A stretch of 63,210 nucleotides of DNA, filler included, from Octopus bimaculoides (lineage: Eukaryota), in the NCBI RefSeq assembly GCF_001194135.2. It is 6 parts of 5 records of this genome, joined end to end, with 100 filler letters (N's around TTAATTAATTAA, not from the genome) between each part and the next. Parts side by side here need not be neighbours in the genome. Positions count along the whole stretch, not along the records: positions 1 to 14,315 come from NC_068987.1; 5 more parts are not named here. One strand, given 5' to 3'. The notes beneath the pieces are model-generated. The model worked only from the letters and a program-made list of their open reading frames with translations. It was not told where the DNA came from and made no database searches. A program made the position numbers and the translations under genes. This document shows, one piece after another, positions 1 to 12,404 of the stretch. Each line of letters starts with the position of its first letter. Position 1 is the first letter of the stretch.

Positions 1-165
1 TGTAAATGTTCATGTTTAAAGAACATTTTTTTTTTTGCAAAACATTGAACAAGTGAAAGTGAGAACTGTGAGTTATCACACTGCCTTGTAAATGTATACA
101 ATTTATAAATAAATTAAAAAAAAAACATTTAAAAACATTTTTTATAATTTTTTTATAATTTATTT

Positions 166-1020
166 TCAATATGTTCCTGAAACTGGGCCTCTTTTCTCTT
201 TCACAAGTGCTTCAATATCAGGCGTCAAATCCTGATTAGCAGCCAATTTCAGGGTGTCGTTTAGGTGCCTATGTGTGAGCCTTGAGCGCAGCTTTGTTTT
301 ATTGATGCTCATTACAGAGAAAACTTGTTCATAAAAGTAGGTAGTCCCGAACATGCACAAAACTTTCGCAGCAAGGGCTGTCAATTTGGGATACTTTAGC
401 TAGATAAAATATGCCCAACCCCACCGAGGTAAATTTGTTTTTCAAATCTGAATCACACTGCAAGTCAATCATTTTAACTTAGATGTTGAGGGGCATATCA
501 GAGGCGTTGATTGTAAATGGCGAGCGAAAGACTGAAATCTGTCTCAAGTTCATCGAAAATTTGAAACCATTGCTCAAACTCTCGCAGCAATCCCGTGATA
601 TTGTCTTTGTACCGATTATCTGCAGTCGCAACATCTTTTAGACAAAGAAAATGAGCAGGGTCACCACCTGACAATTGTGTCTCCCACAAAGTTTGCTTCA
701 ACTTGGACGCGTGTATGCTTTCAAAATACTGACAACTTTTTATGGCCTTGCAGCATTTTGTTCAAATTATTCAAGTGCTCTGTAATATCCACGATAAATA
801 CTAAATTGTGCAGCCGTTCTGGTGATTGAAATTCTATCACTGGTTTGCTTTTTTTCTCCATGAAATATTCAATTTTTTCTCGTAGATTAAAGAAACACTT
901 CAACACGACACCTCGGCTAACCACAGGTAACACCTATATCGATGAGAAGATTGTCAAACTGACGTTGATTCAGACCTCTAGTTCAGATGAAATTAACAGT
1001 TCGGACAACCACTTTCACTT
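166..1020 (-). mobile_element. Decayed hAT (SPIN/Buster/GTF2IRD2-like) transposase, C-terminal half
   Basis: Fragmented minus-strand frames: SRGVVLKCFFNLREKIEYFM...FIVDITEHLNNLNKMLQG, and AKVLCMFGTTYFYEQVFSVMSINKTKLRSRLTHRHL (hAT C-terminal dimerisation-type motif). Stops and frameshifts separate the pieces. Confidence 0.85.
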
Positions 1021-1035
1021 CTGACAGCTAAATAC

Positions 1036-1270
1036 CTATTTCGTTATTGCCCACAAGGGGCTAAACATAGAGGGAACAAACAAGAACAGACGAACGGATT
1101 AAGTCAATTACATCGACCCCAGTGCGTAATTGGTACTTAATTTATCGACCCCCGAAAGGATGAAAGGCAAAGTCGACCTCGGCGGAATTTGAACTCAGAA
1201 CGTAACGGCAGACGAAATACCGCTAAGCTTTTCGTCCGGCGTACTAACATTTCTGCCAGCTCGCCGCCTT
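1036..1270 (-). mobile_element. tRNA-type SINE, family A (AAGGCGGCGAGCTGGCAGAA head), full length with 15-bp TSD
   Basis: Matches copies at 58345-58578 and 59339-59574. Direct repeat CTGACAGCTAAATAC at 1021-1035 and 1271-1285. Confidence 0.9.
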
Positions 1271-1754
1271 CTGACAGCTAAATACTATGACAGTGCCCAC
1301 CGAGAAAAAAAAAATGCTTTGTTTTGGTCACGTGAACCAACTCATGCAGAGAAGGAGAGAATAAACAAGGGGAGAAGGAAGAGTGGGTTAAGTAGTAGTA
1401 AAAAGTGTAGTGACAGTAGTAGTAGTGGTAGTAGAAGTAGAGAAAGAAGAGGTAGAAGGCGGAGGAAGTAAACACAGTAGAACTTTACTTCTATTCTGCC
1501 GGTGATACTTGTTTATAGGATATCGGACAAATTTCGCGCTTCATATAATAACTATTTGCAGGTAAAGGAAAAAAACTTCATTATTTTATTATTATTATTA
1601 TTGTCTCTATTTCATCGGTACTTGGTTGTTAATTTCACTAGCCTCTTCATTCTCGTTAGAAAGGTATGAACATCTCACAACCTCAATTGTTCCTTTCCTC
1701 TCTTATAAACTAAACGTCTTTTACGTAATCCTAAAACTAATCATTATTATTTGT

Positions 1755-1965
1755 AGCAGAATCAGTAGAGAGTCGGACAAATACCGCAATGACTTGCGGT
1801 ATTTCTTTCGGCTATTCATGGTCTGAGTTCAAATCTCGTGGAGGTCAGCTTTGCCTTTCGTTCTATCGGGATCAATAAAATCAAGTACCGGTCAAGGACT
1901 GGGGTCAATAGTGTGAACTAACCCTTTCGTTTTAAAATTGCTGGCCTTGTACCTATGTTTGAAAT
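1755..1965 (+). mobile_element. Degenerate family A SINE
   Basis: TCTGAGTTCAAATCTCGTGGAGGTCAGCTTTGCCTTTC...GCTGGCCTTGT core, similar to the other family A copies. Confidence 0.6.
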
Positions 1966-2880
1966 AGTAGTAGTAGTAATAAAACTACAACCAGAGATAT
2001 TCAAGATCGGTTTTGATCCTTGTATAAGCACTTATACATACAACATTAACTCCTGTTAGATGTCTTCAGAACGGTATTTCTTAGAGTATTTTTTTACTTT
2101 CTTCAATAGAGTTCAAATCCTTCCAGGATCGAATGAAGTATCGCATCTTCTAGATCAATGAAATTATTTGCCGATTATATACGGCTATATTCCTGTCCTA
2201 CAGAACTACGCTTATGCCTAGTAAAACAACTTTTTTATTATTAACTCTTCATTATCAATAAAACAATTATTTTTATGTGTTCATTTTGCTTTAAATCTTT
2301 TTATTTTTGTAAATTAATCCCCACTTCCACCAGTTTCCTTATTAATTTCGAGGAGAAGGGGTAGGAGGAATGACATGGTTGATTTTTATAGTGTTGCCAA
2401 AGCAGACGAAGTTACATCTGTCTGTAAACATTCTTCGCCAATGGAAACCGATGTCAACAAAACATGAACAATATCCGACAACTAGCAGCATTATTATATA
2501 ATAGGAATAGATTCTTTGAAGATGTATATACAGTTATTATTTAATATAGATATATTCTTCGAAGATCTATAAACTTTATTTTTATTAAATACGAACATTT
2601 CTTTGTACACACACACACACACACATCTTAATTAAGTTTATTTCGAGGAAGTTTTTTTCTAACTATTTGTTAGTTAATCTGCTTTGCTCATTATTTACTT
2701 ATTCAGTAAAATATTTACTTCATTAATATTATTCCTAAAAGAACACACTCGAACAAAAACTAAACCAAAAAAGTAAAACCACACGACATTTCAGAATTCA
2801 TATAAAGCATCCTGCTTTTGACTGAACTCTAATAGAAGATAGTGACAGAAGAACTATGACTTGATGCTGTCATAAGTTGT

Positions 2881-2945
<65 letters not shown>

Positions 2946-3149
2946 GTGTGTGTGTGTACACATGAATGGACGCAACCGCCCTAATGATGAAGAAGGTCGC
3001 AGTAAATGGCGTGGTCGCAGATTGGATTCCATTACATGGCATTTTCAGCATTTTTTTTTTTTTTTGCCATAACTTCGTGTCAACCCAAAACCATGTGAAT
3101 GCAATCAGTTTCACGGGAACTGTTTGGAAACCTGTGAAGGGTGAGATTG

Positions 3150-3290
3150 TGACACACTGTGTCTCGTAGATTCTTTCTGACAGTTACGTTTAGGGTACAC
3201 GTGTCTGCGGAATACTCTGCTACATCACAGTTTAATTGAAAGAGGTCATTCAGTTGATCGAACAACTGAACTCATCGACGAAATAAGTAC
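3150..3290 (+). mobile_element. 3' fragment of SINE family C
   Basis: CACACTGTGTC...TTAGGGTACACGTGTCTG...GTTGATCG resembles 19382-19500. Confidence 0.5.
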
Positions 3291-3344
3291 ATGATGCATA
3301 CACAGGTATACGTACACACACGCACGAGTGTGTGTATGTATGTA

Positions 3345-3350
3345 TAAATG

Positions 3351-3381
<31 letters not shown>

Positions 3382-3487
3382 CTGTCTGTCCGTCTATCTA
3401 TCTGTCTGTCTGTTTGTCTATTTTTTTATCCGTCTATCTATCTATCAATCTATCTGTATGTCTGTCTTTCTGTCCGTTCGTCCGTCC

Positions 3488-3531
<44 letters not shown>

Positions 3532-3770
3532 GTCTGTCTCTCCGTCTATCTATCTATCTGTCTGTCTCTCCGTCTATCTATCTATCTGTCTGTCTCTCCG
3601 TCTATCTATCTATCTGTCTGTCTCTCCGTCTATCTATCTATCTGTCTGTCTCTCCGTCTATCTATCTATCTGTCTGTCTCTCCGTCTATCTATCTATCTG
3701 TCTGTCTCTCCGTCTATCTATCTATCTGTCTGTCTCTCCGTCTATCTATCTATCTGTCTGTCTGCCTGTC
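3345..3770. repeat. (TCTA)n/(TCTG)n compound microsatellite with a 28-bp higher-order unit
   Basis: Unit TCTGTCTGTCTCTCCGTCTATCTATCTA is tandemly repeated about 8 times from ~3529. Confidence 0.9.
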
Positions 3771-3950
3771 TACACCAACGTTTGTGTGATTGTCTCAACT
3801 CGCAAGACTGAAGTTCCGCTTCGATTGAGAAGGAGAATGGGAAAGAAGGCAGTGGTTTTATGCGAGGTGTTGTTTTATGTTAAAGCAGCGGTTTTTATGG
3901 TGGGGAATGTCAATACTTTGATGCGTATGAGATTTTGGAATAGGGTACAA

Positions 3951-4054
3951 GCTCTAGCGTAGCTATAGTGTGTGCCGCCCAGGGCGGACCTTCCGTTTGC
4001 CTCCTCCGGACCCCACAAAAAACACATCGCCGTTGCCCTACTAGCTACGCTAGT
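3951..4054. mobile_element. Possible tiny MITE remnant
   Basis: Inverted ends CTAGCGTAGCTA / TAGCTACGCTAG and an internal CCGCCCAGGGCGG hairpin. Confidence 0.35.
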
Positions 4055-4249
4055 GAGTACAATTAGTGAATAAAACTTGTGAGTAACAAGTGAATAAAAC
4101 TTGCAATAAAGTTTTAATTAAAACTTCTTTTGGAGACATATTATGCTATATACCTTGTTCATAGCGGAGCGTGTTGATTTCTTGAAAAATGAATTTGAAA
4201 AATAATAGATTAAAACATGATTGAAGGTTTATTGTTGTGAAGGTGATTC

Positions 4250-4900
4250 ATGGCTAATCTACATTTTATATGGATGATACAGGGGAATAAATGGGACGGA
4301 ATCATAAAGGGAGATGGTGATTAGTGGTGATAAGGTGGTTAGAGCATACCCTGAAGGTACAAGAATGTGAATAGAAGAGAGCATGGGAAATAAAAGATCA
4401 GGAAGAGTGGATGCGTAAAGGTTACAATAGTGTAGGGGTAGATTTAGAGACGTTGGGTTGTGGTAAACATAACGAATGGTGAACAAGGAAGGATGATAGT
4501 TTGTTGATGGTAATTACAAATGATGATGGTGATAAGAATGTAGGATAAATATCAACAGAAGTACCTTAGGTGAAGCAGAGTGATGTCTGGCAGTATAGAA
4601 AAAGAGTTATGAGCAGCAGAATAATATAACAGATAGGGGAGAAATGAAAGTGTGGTGACAGAAAGATGAAGGGTGGCTGTGGATGCATAAAAGGTATAAA
4701 GTGGCATGAGTGTGGGTTGAGATTGAGAAAGAGAGCTAAGGGGGGAAGTGGCCAGATGTATATAGCAGTGAGTGCATTGAGGGGTGAAGAAGGGTGAGTA
4801 AGTGGTTGATGCTAGATATGAATGGGGAATGTTGTTGATAAGGAGGGATGGATGTCAAAAGGAAGTTGTTCATGGGAAGAGGGAGGGATAACTGGCAGTA
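4250..4900 (-). mobile_element. Highly decayed Penelope-like element fragment (post-RT linker)
   Basis: Minus-strand SGYALTT...DSVPFIPLYHP resembles the PLE RGYP...(R/I)PF.LTYHP segment. Weak and degenerate. Confidence 0.4.
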
Positions 4901-4935
4901 AATAAAATGGCAACAGTATGACATGTACATATATG

Positions 4936-4964
<29 letters not shown>

Positions 4965-4966
<2 letters not shown>

Positions 4967-5166
4967 TTTGCTTGTCCCCCACCACCACTTGATAACTGGT
5001 GTTGGTGTGTTTACATCCTGCTAACTTAGCAGTTCAGCAAAAGTGACCAATAGAATAAGGATCAGGCTTAACAAAAAAATAAACACTGGGGTTGAATCAT
5101 TCAACTGAAATAAATTATACAAGGCAGCGCCCCAGTGTGGCCACCAGTTAAATGACTGAAACAAGT

Positions 5167-5170
<4 letters not shown>
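4965..5170 (+). mobile_element. 3' half of SINE family B
   Basis: GGTGTGTTTAC...AACTTAGCAGTTCAGCAAAAG...AAATGACTGAAACAAGTAAAA matches 23220-23370. Confidence 0.75.
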
Positions 5171-5203
<33 letters not shown>

Positions 5204-5226
5204 TATCGGGTCATCCCATAAGTTCT

Positions 5227-5667
5227 GTCCGAATTCTGAATAAAGAAAACAAGTGATCAAATATTATATTTGATTGAAATTTAATCATCAATGTACTTTC
5301 TCTGATTATCTATGACTTCTTTCCATCTATTTACAAGCTTTTTAATCCCATCAATGTAAAACTCTTTTGGTTTCAAAGCAAAGAATTTTGAAATGTCAGT
5401 TTCGACCTCCTCCTGGCTTGTGAAAGTCATGTCTCCCAAATGATTCTGTAAACTATGAAACAAATGGTAGTCTGAAGGAGCAAGGTCAGAAGAATAAGGT
5501 GGATGAGGAATTTTTTCACAACCAAGNNNNNNNNNNTCAGAAGAATAAGGTGGATGAGGAATTTTTTCACAACCAAGCTCTTTGATCTTCTGTGATGTGA
5601 TCTTTGCAGTGTGGGGTCACGCATTGTCCTGATGGAACATCACTCCTTTTCGGTTCACTAAAGCGGG
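5227..5667 (-). mobile_element. Mariner transposon 3' fragment
   Basis: FHQDNA.PH...HPPYSSDLAPSDYHLFHSLQNHL...FYIDGIKKLVNRWKEVID. The mariner-type terminus CGGGTCATCCCATAAGTTCTGTCCGAATT follows a TA run. The repeat around the 10-N gap is an assembly duplication. Confidence 0.85.
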
Positions 5668-5689
5668 TCAGATATATGCATATGTGTGT

Positions 5690-5860
5690 TCCTATACACG
5701 ACTGACTTCTTTTAGTTTCTGCCTACTAAATCCACTCACAAGACTTTCGTCAGCACGAGGGTATAGTAGAAGACGCTTGCCTAAGGTGTCACACAGCAGG
5801 ACTGAACCAGAACCATGTGTTTGGGAAGCAAGCTTCTTACCGTACAGCTATGCCTGTGCC
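5690..5860 (-). mobile_element. 5' part of SINE family B
   Basis: Reverse complement of the GGCGCAGGAGTGGCTGTGTGGTAAG...GACGGAAACTGAAAGAAG head. Confidence 0.75.
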
Positions 5861-5880
5861 TATACATACATATATGTATA

Positions 5881-6757
5881 CAGGGTGCGATGAATAAACT
5901 GTTGTCTAAATTATGCAAAAATGAAAATAACACTGACATCTCATTTTAACAGATATATTTACCAAAATTACATTAAAATATCTTGAAATACTAGAGTAAG
6001 TTTATTCAATAGAATCGCAATTGGCTTCAACCATGGCCTTCAGATGACTTCGGTATCTCCTGCAACTCTTCTGGACAGTCTCCTTGTTTAAGTTGGTGAA
6101 TGCTGCCATAACCCTCGCCTTCAGTTCATTTTTGGTGTTATAAGGAATTTTGTTGGTCTCTCACTCAACTGCACCCCACACATAATAATGAAGGGGGTTG
6201 CAATCTGGGGAGTTAGGTGGCCAGATTTTAGGGGTGATGTGGTTACAGAAATTGTCTGACAGCCATGACTGGGTTCTCCTGCTTGTGTGGCATGGGGCAG
6301 TTCTGTTGCCAGACATAGGGTCTTCCAGCAGCCACCCTCTTCACCCCGGGCAACTCTACCTCCATCAGGCACTTGATATAGGCTTCCATATTGAGTTTGA
6401 GATCACTTGGAAAAATGAATGGAGACATAATGTTGCCATCATTAATGATCATTCCAAACACCAAAATGTTGACTGGATGTTTGATTTTTATCACTCTTGG
6501 TTCATGTCCTCAGATTGCACTATCCTCAGACTGACACCCAAACACTCTGAAATGTTCATGCTGGAGCTTCTGGTGTGAATGCCAAGCAGTACTGCATGTT
6601 GTTTCTAAATTTCTGGCTGAGTGAATTGCGTCATGGTGCTGTTTTTCTCACAGGCGGTGCCCAACTGACCCTACTATACCATGTAGTTGACAAAATTGAA
6701 AACAATGTGCATGCACAAAATTAAAAATATAAAATGGTGACAACCCATTGCACCCTG
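5881..6757 (-). mobile_element. Internally deleted Tc1/mariner element, DD37D (maT)-like
   Basis: Imperfect TIRs CAGGGTGC(G/A)ATG...TTGTC at both ends, with TA on the left. Remnant KHPVNILVFG...GRPYVWQQ...WPPNSPDCNPLHYYVWGAVERETN. Confidence 0.85.
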
Positions 6758-6765
6758 TGTGTGTG

Positions 6766-6831
<66 letters not shown>

Positions 6832-7059
6832 TACACACACATACGCACACACACACATATATATTTGTATATAGGAAAAGTGATGCAGGGAAACTTGGAG
6901 TGGTTATGGAGTCAAAAAACTGAATTCAAAAGTTGCAGATGGATTAATCTTTCAATGGAAGGACAGATGAATGGAAGGTGAGAGAGCATGGAATCTGGTC
7001 TGTAGTTGTGCATAAAGAGGGTAGGAGACTAGTGATGTAGTTAATGTCCTAAGCCTGGC

Positions 7060-8290
7060 AGAGTGTAAAGATCCAACTTAAGGGCTTCTTCCACAACAAA
7101 AGTCTAGACAACCTGATTGAGGACAATTTCATTAACATGAAAAGACGCAAACTCTAACTGGACACCAAACCTGGGACTACAGCACTTGGTCGATTTATTT
7201 GTCAATGTATGTTGTTTTGATTTGCACATTTCAATTGCAACAGATGACCATGAAGATCAGATTCTCCATCAATGGATCTGAACTCTCTTTGGAAGCTCCA
7301 CCAGCATTGAGACATCATTATGAACTTATCTCTCATCTGGCTCACTTCTGTTCTCTGCCACTGTCCTCACAGTAATCATACCCACAAATCTCTATTGGTC
7401 CAGATGGACAATATGTAATCGGAACCTTTCCCCACTTATTATTTTTATTATTCTACAGAATCCCATGTTTTAGGCTATGGAGATTCCGATTCTGAAAAAA
7501 ATTTTTCAAAAATCTCAAATTCAAAATTTCGATTTACCCCCTCCCCTCCATTTCCTCATTTTTCGCATTTTNNNNNNNNNNNNNNNNNNNNNNNNNNNNN
7601 NNNNNNNNNNNNNNNNNNNNNNNNNNNNNNNNNNNNNNNNNNNNNNNNNNNNNNNNNNNNNNNNNNNNNNNNNNNNNNNNNNNNNNNNNNNNNNNNNNNN
7701 NNNNNNNNNNNNNNNNNNNNNNNNNNNNNNNNNNNNNNNNNNNNNNNNNNNNNNNNNNNNNNNNNNNNNNNNNNNNNNNNNNNNNNNNNNNNNNNNNNNN
7801 NNNNNNNNNNNNNNNNNNNNNNNNNNNNNNNNNAGAATCGAAATTTTGAATTTGAGATTTTTTGAAAATTCTTTTTCAGAATCGGAATCCCAATAGCCTA
7901 AAACGTGAGATTCCGTAAAAAAAAAATAATAATAAGGGGGGGGGGAGGTTCCAATTACATATTGTCCATCTGGACCTCACTATCATCTACTTTTTCTCCA
8001 AACAAGACAATCTTAGCTGCCCTATAATCTTCACTGGTATCTGCGATACTTAACAGTGTACTTTAACAAAATACTACCACCTCTTGTCACTGCCTTACCC
8101 TCACACATTAAAGACACCAACCATACCCTAAAACTTTTTAACTTATTCTTTTTTTCTGCATTAAATTCCTCTATACAGTCATCTCTCACAATAGCCCATC
8201 AACCCTTAGATGTTTCCTAAACCGCCTACCCCTATCTTTACCCAGTACTACAACACTCCCATGCTTATCTGAGCTCATCATAACCCTTTA
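7060..8290 (+). mobile_element. Decayed Penelope-like retroelement RT fragment, interrupted by a foldback element
   Basis: LRGFFHNK...NWTP.PG before the insertion. LPSHIKDTNHTLK...LYTVISH...PSTTTL..LSELII after it resembles PLE RT (LPSYIKDT..FL...SLYTNIPH...PST..L..L.ELVL). Confidence 0.6.
7397..7976. mobile_element. Foldback/MITE DNA transposon with ~140-bp TIRs
   Basis: GGTCCAGATGGACAATATGTAAT...AAAATTTCGATT (7397-~7535) is mirrored by AATCGAAATTTT...ATTACATATTGTCCATCTGGACC (~7836-7976). The centre is an N gap and no TSD is evident. Confidence 0.85.
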
Positions 8291-8710
8291 TTACTTTTCT
8301 TTTTCTGAAGAATTTTATGAACAAGTCTGCTGAGCCCAGAGTTGTACAATCCTGGGGTTGATTTCTTCGACTAAAGGTGGTGCTCTAGCATGGCCACAAT
8401 CACATGACCAAAACAAGTAAAACAATAAAAAAAGCCATGCCATTTTAATCCCGAACAACGCCGGGTGTCTCTGCTAGTATTATACACACACACACACACA
8501 TAAATATATCACATATATATGTAGTATGTGTATATATAAATGATAGAGGGAACAGCTGTTGGCTAATGAACCTGATAAAAATTTCTATTCCCTTGTTATT
8601 CAATTAATTTAAATTATGCTCTGTTTTTGTTTACAACTTTATTCTGCTGCAGATGTATATTGAGTTTCAACAAGTTATTATCATTATGCCTAACCCAAGT
8701 CATAAAATAT

Positions 8711-8745
<35 letters not shown>

Positions 8746-8921
8746 CATAAGACACAGCATGAATAATGGTCATTCCATATTTCTTTTTTGTGGTAAATTT
8801 GACTCACAGTTGTTTCCAGTAGTCATTATAGGTTCATTATTGACAGGTTTACTCAATCGAACCATTGATGATGAACTATAATGTCTGACTGCCACAAGAA
8901 TATGCAGAGCTTTTTACTTAC

Positions 8922-8975
8922 CTGAATGTTATTATTAGCTTGGTGTACTGACAGAGAACTTATTAAGTGTTTTGC
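8922..8975 (-). CDS. Candidate 54-nt symmetric exon of an unidentified gene (AKHLISSLSVHQANNNIQ)
   Basis: Minus strand shows a CTAAT branch-like site, a ...TCAATTCAG acceptor and a CAG|GTAAGT donor. Only one frame is open. No homology recognised. Confidence 0.3.
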
Positions 8976-9007
8976 CTGAATTGATAACCCCTCACTAATT
9001 AGCCTGT

Positions 9008-9050
<43 letters not shown>

Positions 9051-10107
9051 GTANNNNNNNNNNNNNNNNNNNNNNNNNNNNNNNNNNNNNNNNNNNNNNN
9101 NNNNNNNNNNNNNNNNNNNNNNNNNNNNNNNNNNNNNNNNNNNNNNNNNNNNNTATATATATATATATATATATATATAGGTGCTGTTGTGGCTGTGTGG
9201 TAAGAACCTTGCTTCCCAGCCACATGCTTCCAGGTTCAGTCCCTCTGTATATATGAGAGGCTTTGGTATTGAGTAGACCCAAAATGCAGATAAGGCTATG
9301 TAAGTGCTACAGAAGGACCACTGTTAGATTCCTGGATCAGTAAGAGTATGAGAGAGGAGTCTAACACGAGTCGTGTGTGAACTTGTATATGTTATATAAT
9401 ATGAGTCAACAAAGCCAAGGCTGTGTGAAATTTCTGGACATTTATAAAGTGAAAGGTAGTCTTACGGCTGTAAGGCTACCTTTATATACATGCACACACA
9501 CACATATACATTCATATAGATGTGTGTGTGTGTGTGTATGTATGTATGTGATGACACAGTGCTCTCACATGTGTGTTAGTGCTTATGCACCTGTACACAT
9601 ATATTTGTGCATGCAGGCATGCATGAAAATACTTTCCTGGACTCTTACAAAATTCAGACCAAGTTATCTCTGGTCACCTGACCTCATTCACCTGTCACAT
9701 GCCAGTAGACTATTACTTCATCTGGCTCTTTCCTGTAAACAAAGAGAGAAAGAGAGAGGGAGTGTAAGTGAGAGAGATAGAATGAGAGAAAAACTATTAA
9801 GCATTTGATGAGAGAACAAAACTATGGTGATAAAAATTTTAAAGTTGAATTTCATTTCCCCAAATACAAATAAAGACTACTTCGTTATTTCCAAGGTTTT
9901 CTTTTTCTTTTTATTATTAGTATTTTATATACTACCAAAAAGTATTTGTTTCTTATGCATGCTGACTCTCAAAGTATGTGGAGTCACACATACTCACTCA
10001 CATATACTCACATGTATATGTATGTACACTTTTTTATATTTTCAGTTGAGAGATATTTATGGAAATGGCTCAAGAGCTGAGAGTTTCATATGTCACTTGA
10101 GTTCTAC

Positions 10108-10147
<40 letters not shown>

Positions 10148-10545
10148 ACATCACATCACATCACATCACATCACACCACATCACATCACACCACACCACA
10201 CCACACCACACCACACCACACCACACCACANNNNNNNNNNNNNNNNNNNNNNNNNNNNNNNNNNNNNNNNNNNNNNNNNNNNNNNNNNNNNNNNNNNNNN
10301 NNNNNNNNNNNNNNNNNNNNNNNNNNNNNNNNNNNNNNNNNNNNNNNNNNNNNNNNNNNNNNNNNNNNNNNNNNNNNNNNNNNNNNNNNNNNNNNNNNNN
10401 NNNNNNNNNNNNNNNNNNNNNNNNNNNNNNNNNNNNNNNNNNNNNNNNNNNNNNNNNNNNNNNACACGACACGACACGACACGACACGACACGACACGAC
10501 ACGACACGACACGACACGACACGTAACGTAACGTAACGTAACGTA
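10108..10545. repeat. Compound microsatellite: (AC)n, (ATCAC)n, (ACCAC)n, gap, (ACGAC)n, (ACGTA)n
   Basis: Read directly from the sequence. Confidence 0.9.
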
Positions 10546-10691
10546 TGGGCCTCTCTTTCAGTTTGTGCCTACCAAATCCACGACCAGAAGCTATAGTAGA
10601 AGGTACTACTTATCCAAGCTCCCATATAGTGGGGCAGAATAAAGTGATTTGGAAGTATGTATCTATGTATACACACACACACACACATATA

Positions 10692-10901
10692 TAGGGTGGT
10701 CCAAAAGTAGGTTTACAGTTATTCAACTGTCTCTTTCATCATATATTAACAGTTTAGATCTTAATTATAAAAAAAATATGAAACCATTGTTCTATGCTAA
10801 TTTAGTTAATTGTAAGATAGAAATTTAAATGTAATAAAATGTTTTAAAAAAAATTTAAAGTGCCTACATGATAACTGTAAACCTACTTTTGGGCCACCCT
10901 G
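10692..10901. mobile_element. Tc1/mariner-type MITE, 210 bp
   Basis: 31-bp TIRs (T/C)AGGGTGG(T/C)CCAAAAGTAGGTTTACAGTTAT with 2 mismatches, and TA on both flanks. Confidence 0.9.
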
Positions 10902-11152
10902 TAATGATAAACAGATACAAATATATGTGTGTGTGTGTGTGAATATATATATGTATGCAAATTATTTAAGCTAGGTGTCTTGGGTGAGAGCTCAAGGTAA
11001 AACAGTGACAGGTAAGAAATGTAGGTAAATAGATCTTTTAAAAAGATATGAATGTCCATTCTTTCTGTCTGTCCCACCTCTCTCTCTCTCTCTCTCTCTC
11101 TTTCCCTCTCTCTCTCTCTTTGTCTGATGTGCATATACACATATATGCAGAT

Positions 11153-11345
11153 ACATCATCATCATCGTCGTTTAACGTCCGTTTTCCATGCCGGTATGAG
11201 TTGGTCGGTTTGACTGAGGGCTGACAAGCTAGTAGGCTGCACGAGGCTCCAATCTTATCTGGCAATGTTTCTACAGCTGGATGCCCTTCCTAATGCCAAC
11301 CACTCTGAGGGTGTAGTGGGTGCTTTTTACATGCCACCGGCATAG
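11153..11345 (-). mobile_element. 3' end of a SINE or RTE-type retroposon with (ATG)n tail
   Basis: CATCATCATCATCGTCGTTTAACGTCCG...GGATGCCCTTCCTAATGCCAACCAC. Short tandem-repeat tail typical of RTE-partnered elements (inference). Confidence 0.55.
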
Positions 11346-12404
11346 AAGCCAGTCAGGCAGCACATTCTTATGAATATGTAATGGTATTATCTGTGTCTCT
11401 CTCCATGCGTATGAATGTATATACACAGATAAACACATATATATGTCTCAACACAACTGTTAAAAACATGTACTTAAATTATAAAGCTAACACTTGAAAA
11501 TAAGACATTTCTTATTTTCAGTAGTTGTATGTTGGTAACTTAGCATAACTGAAAAAGTATGTACCCTACTCACTTTGTGTTCTCTATAACTTCCTGAAAA
11601 ATGTATATTTTTTTAATGAAATTTTCTACAAGCATATTTCAGATGGTGTGCATTATGATTACATCAGAATTTATTTGGAAAATGTTTTTTGGGTGGGTAA
11701 GAGGAGTTTCGGATAATTTACATGCTTTTTACTTTGTTTCCTCATACTGTTTCGATGACGTAGATTACAGTTATCATTTATTTTTCCTTTTACTTGTTTC
11801 AGTCATTGGACAGTGGCCATGCTGGGGCACTGCCTTTTTCAGTTATGTTGAAAAAAATTACTTTTTAGGACTAATTTACCCATAACATTTTGTAATTTGC
11901 TAATTGAATATTTTTAAATAAAATGAAATTTTCTAGAGCTACAGCATACCAAACAAATTCACTTTTGTTAATACTTTGTTTTTCAAATTATGCTTGCTCT
12001 GGAAAATGTATGAGGAAACAAAGTCATGAAGTCATGAAATATCCCCCCTCCATTTTTGTTTTTTTACATTAAACTCCAATATAATCTCCATCTACATTAT
12101 CTGAAAGATATTGGTTGACAATTTCATTAAAAGATATCCAAATTTTTTCTCAAAGTTAGGAGGTAACAAAAGTCAAGGTGTATAAATTATCAATACTCTA
12201 AAAAGAATTTTCTTTACAAATTCTGATATAATCATAATCTACCCCATCTGAAGCATATTTGTTAAAATTTCATCAAAAGATATCCATTTTTCATAAAGTT
12301 ATGAGGAAAGAGGTTGGTGGTGATGGAGGTACAGTTCTTTAGTTATGCCAGTGATGATCCTTTTGTGACGTGTGTTTCTACTCATACATACATATATATA
12401 AAAA

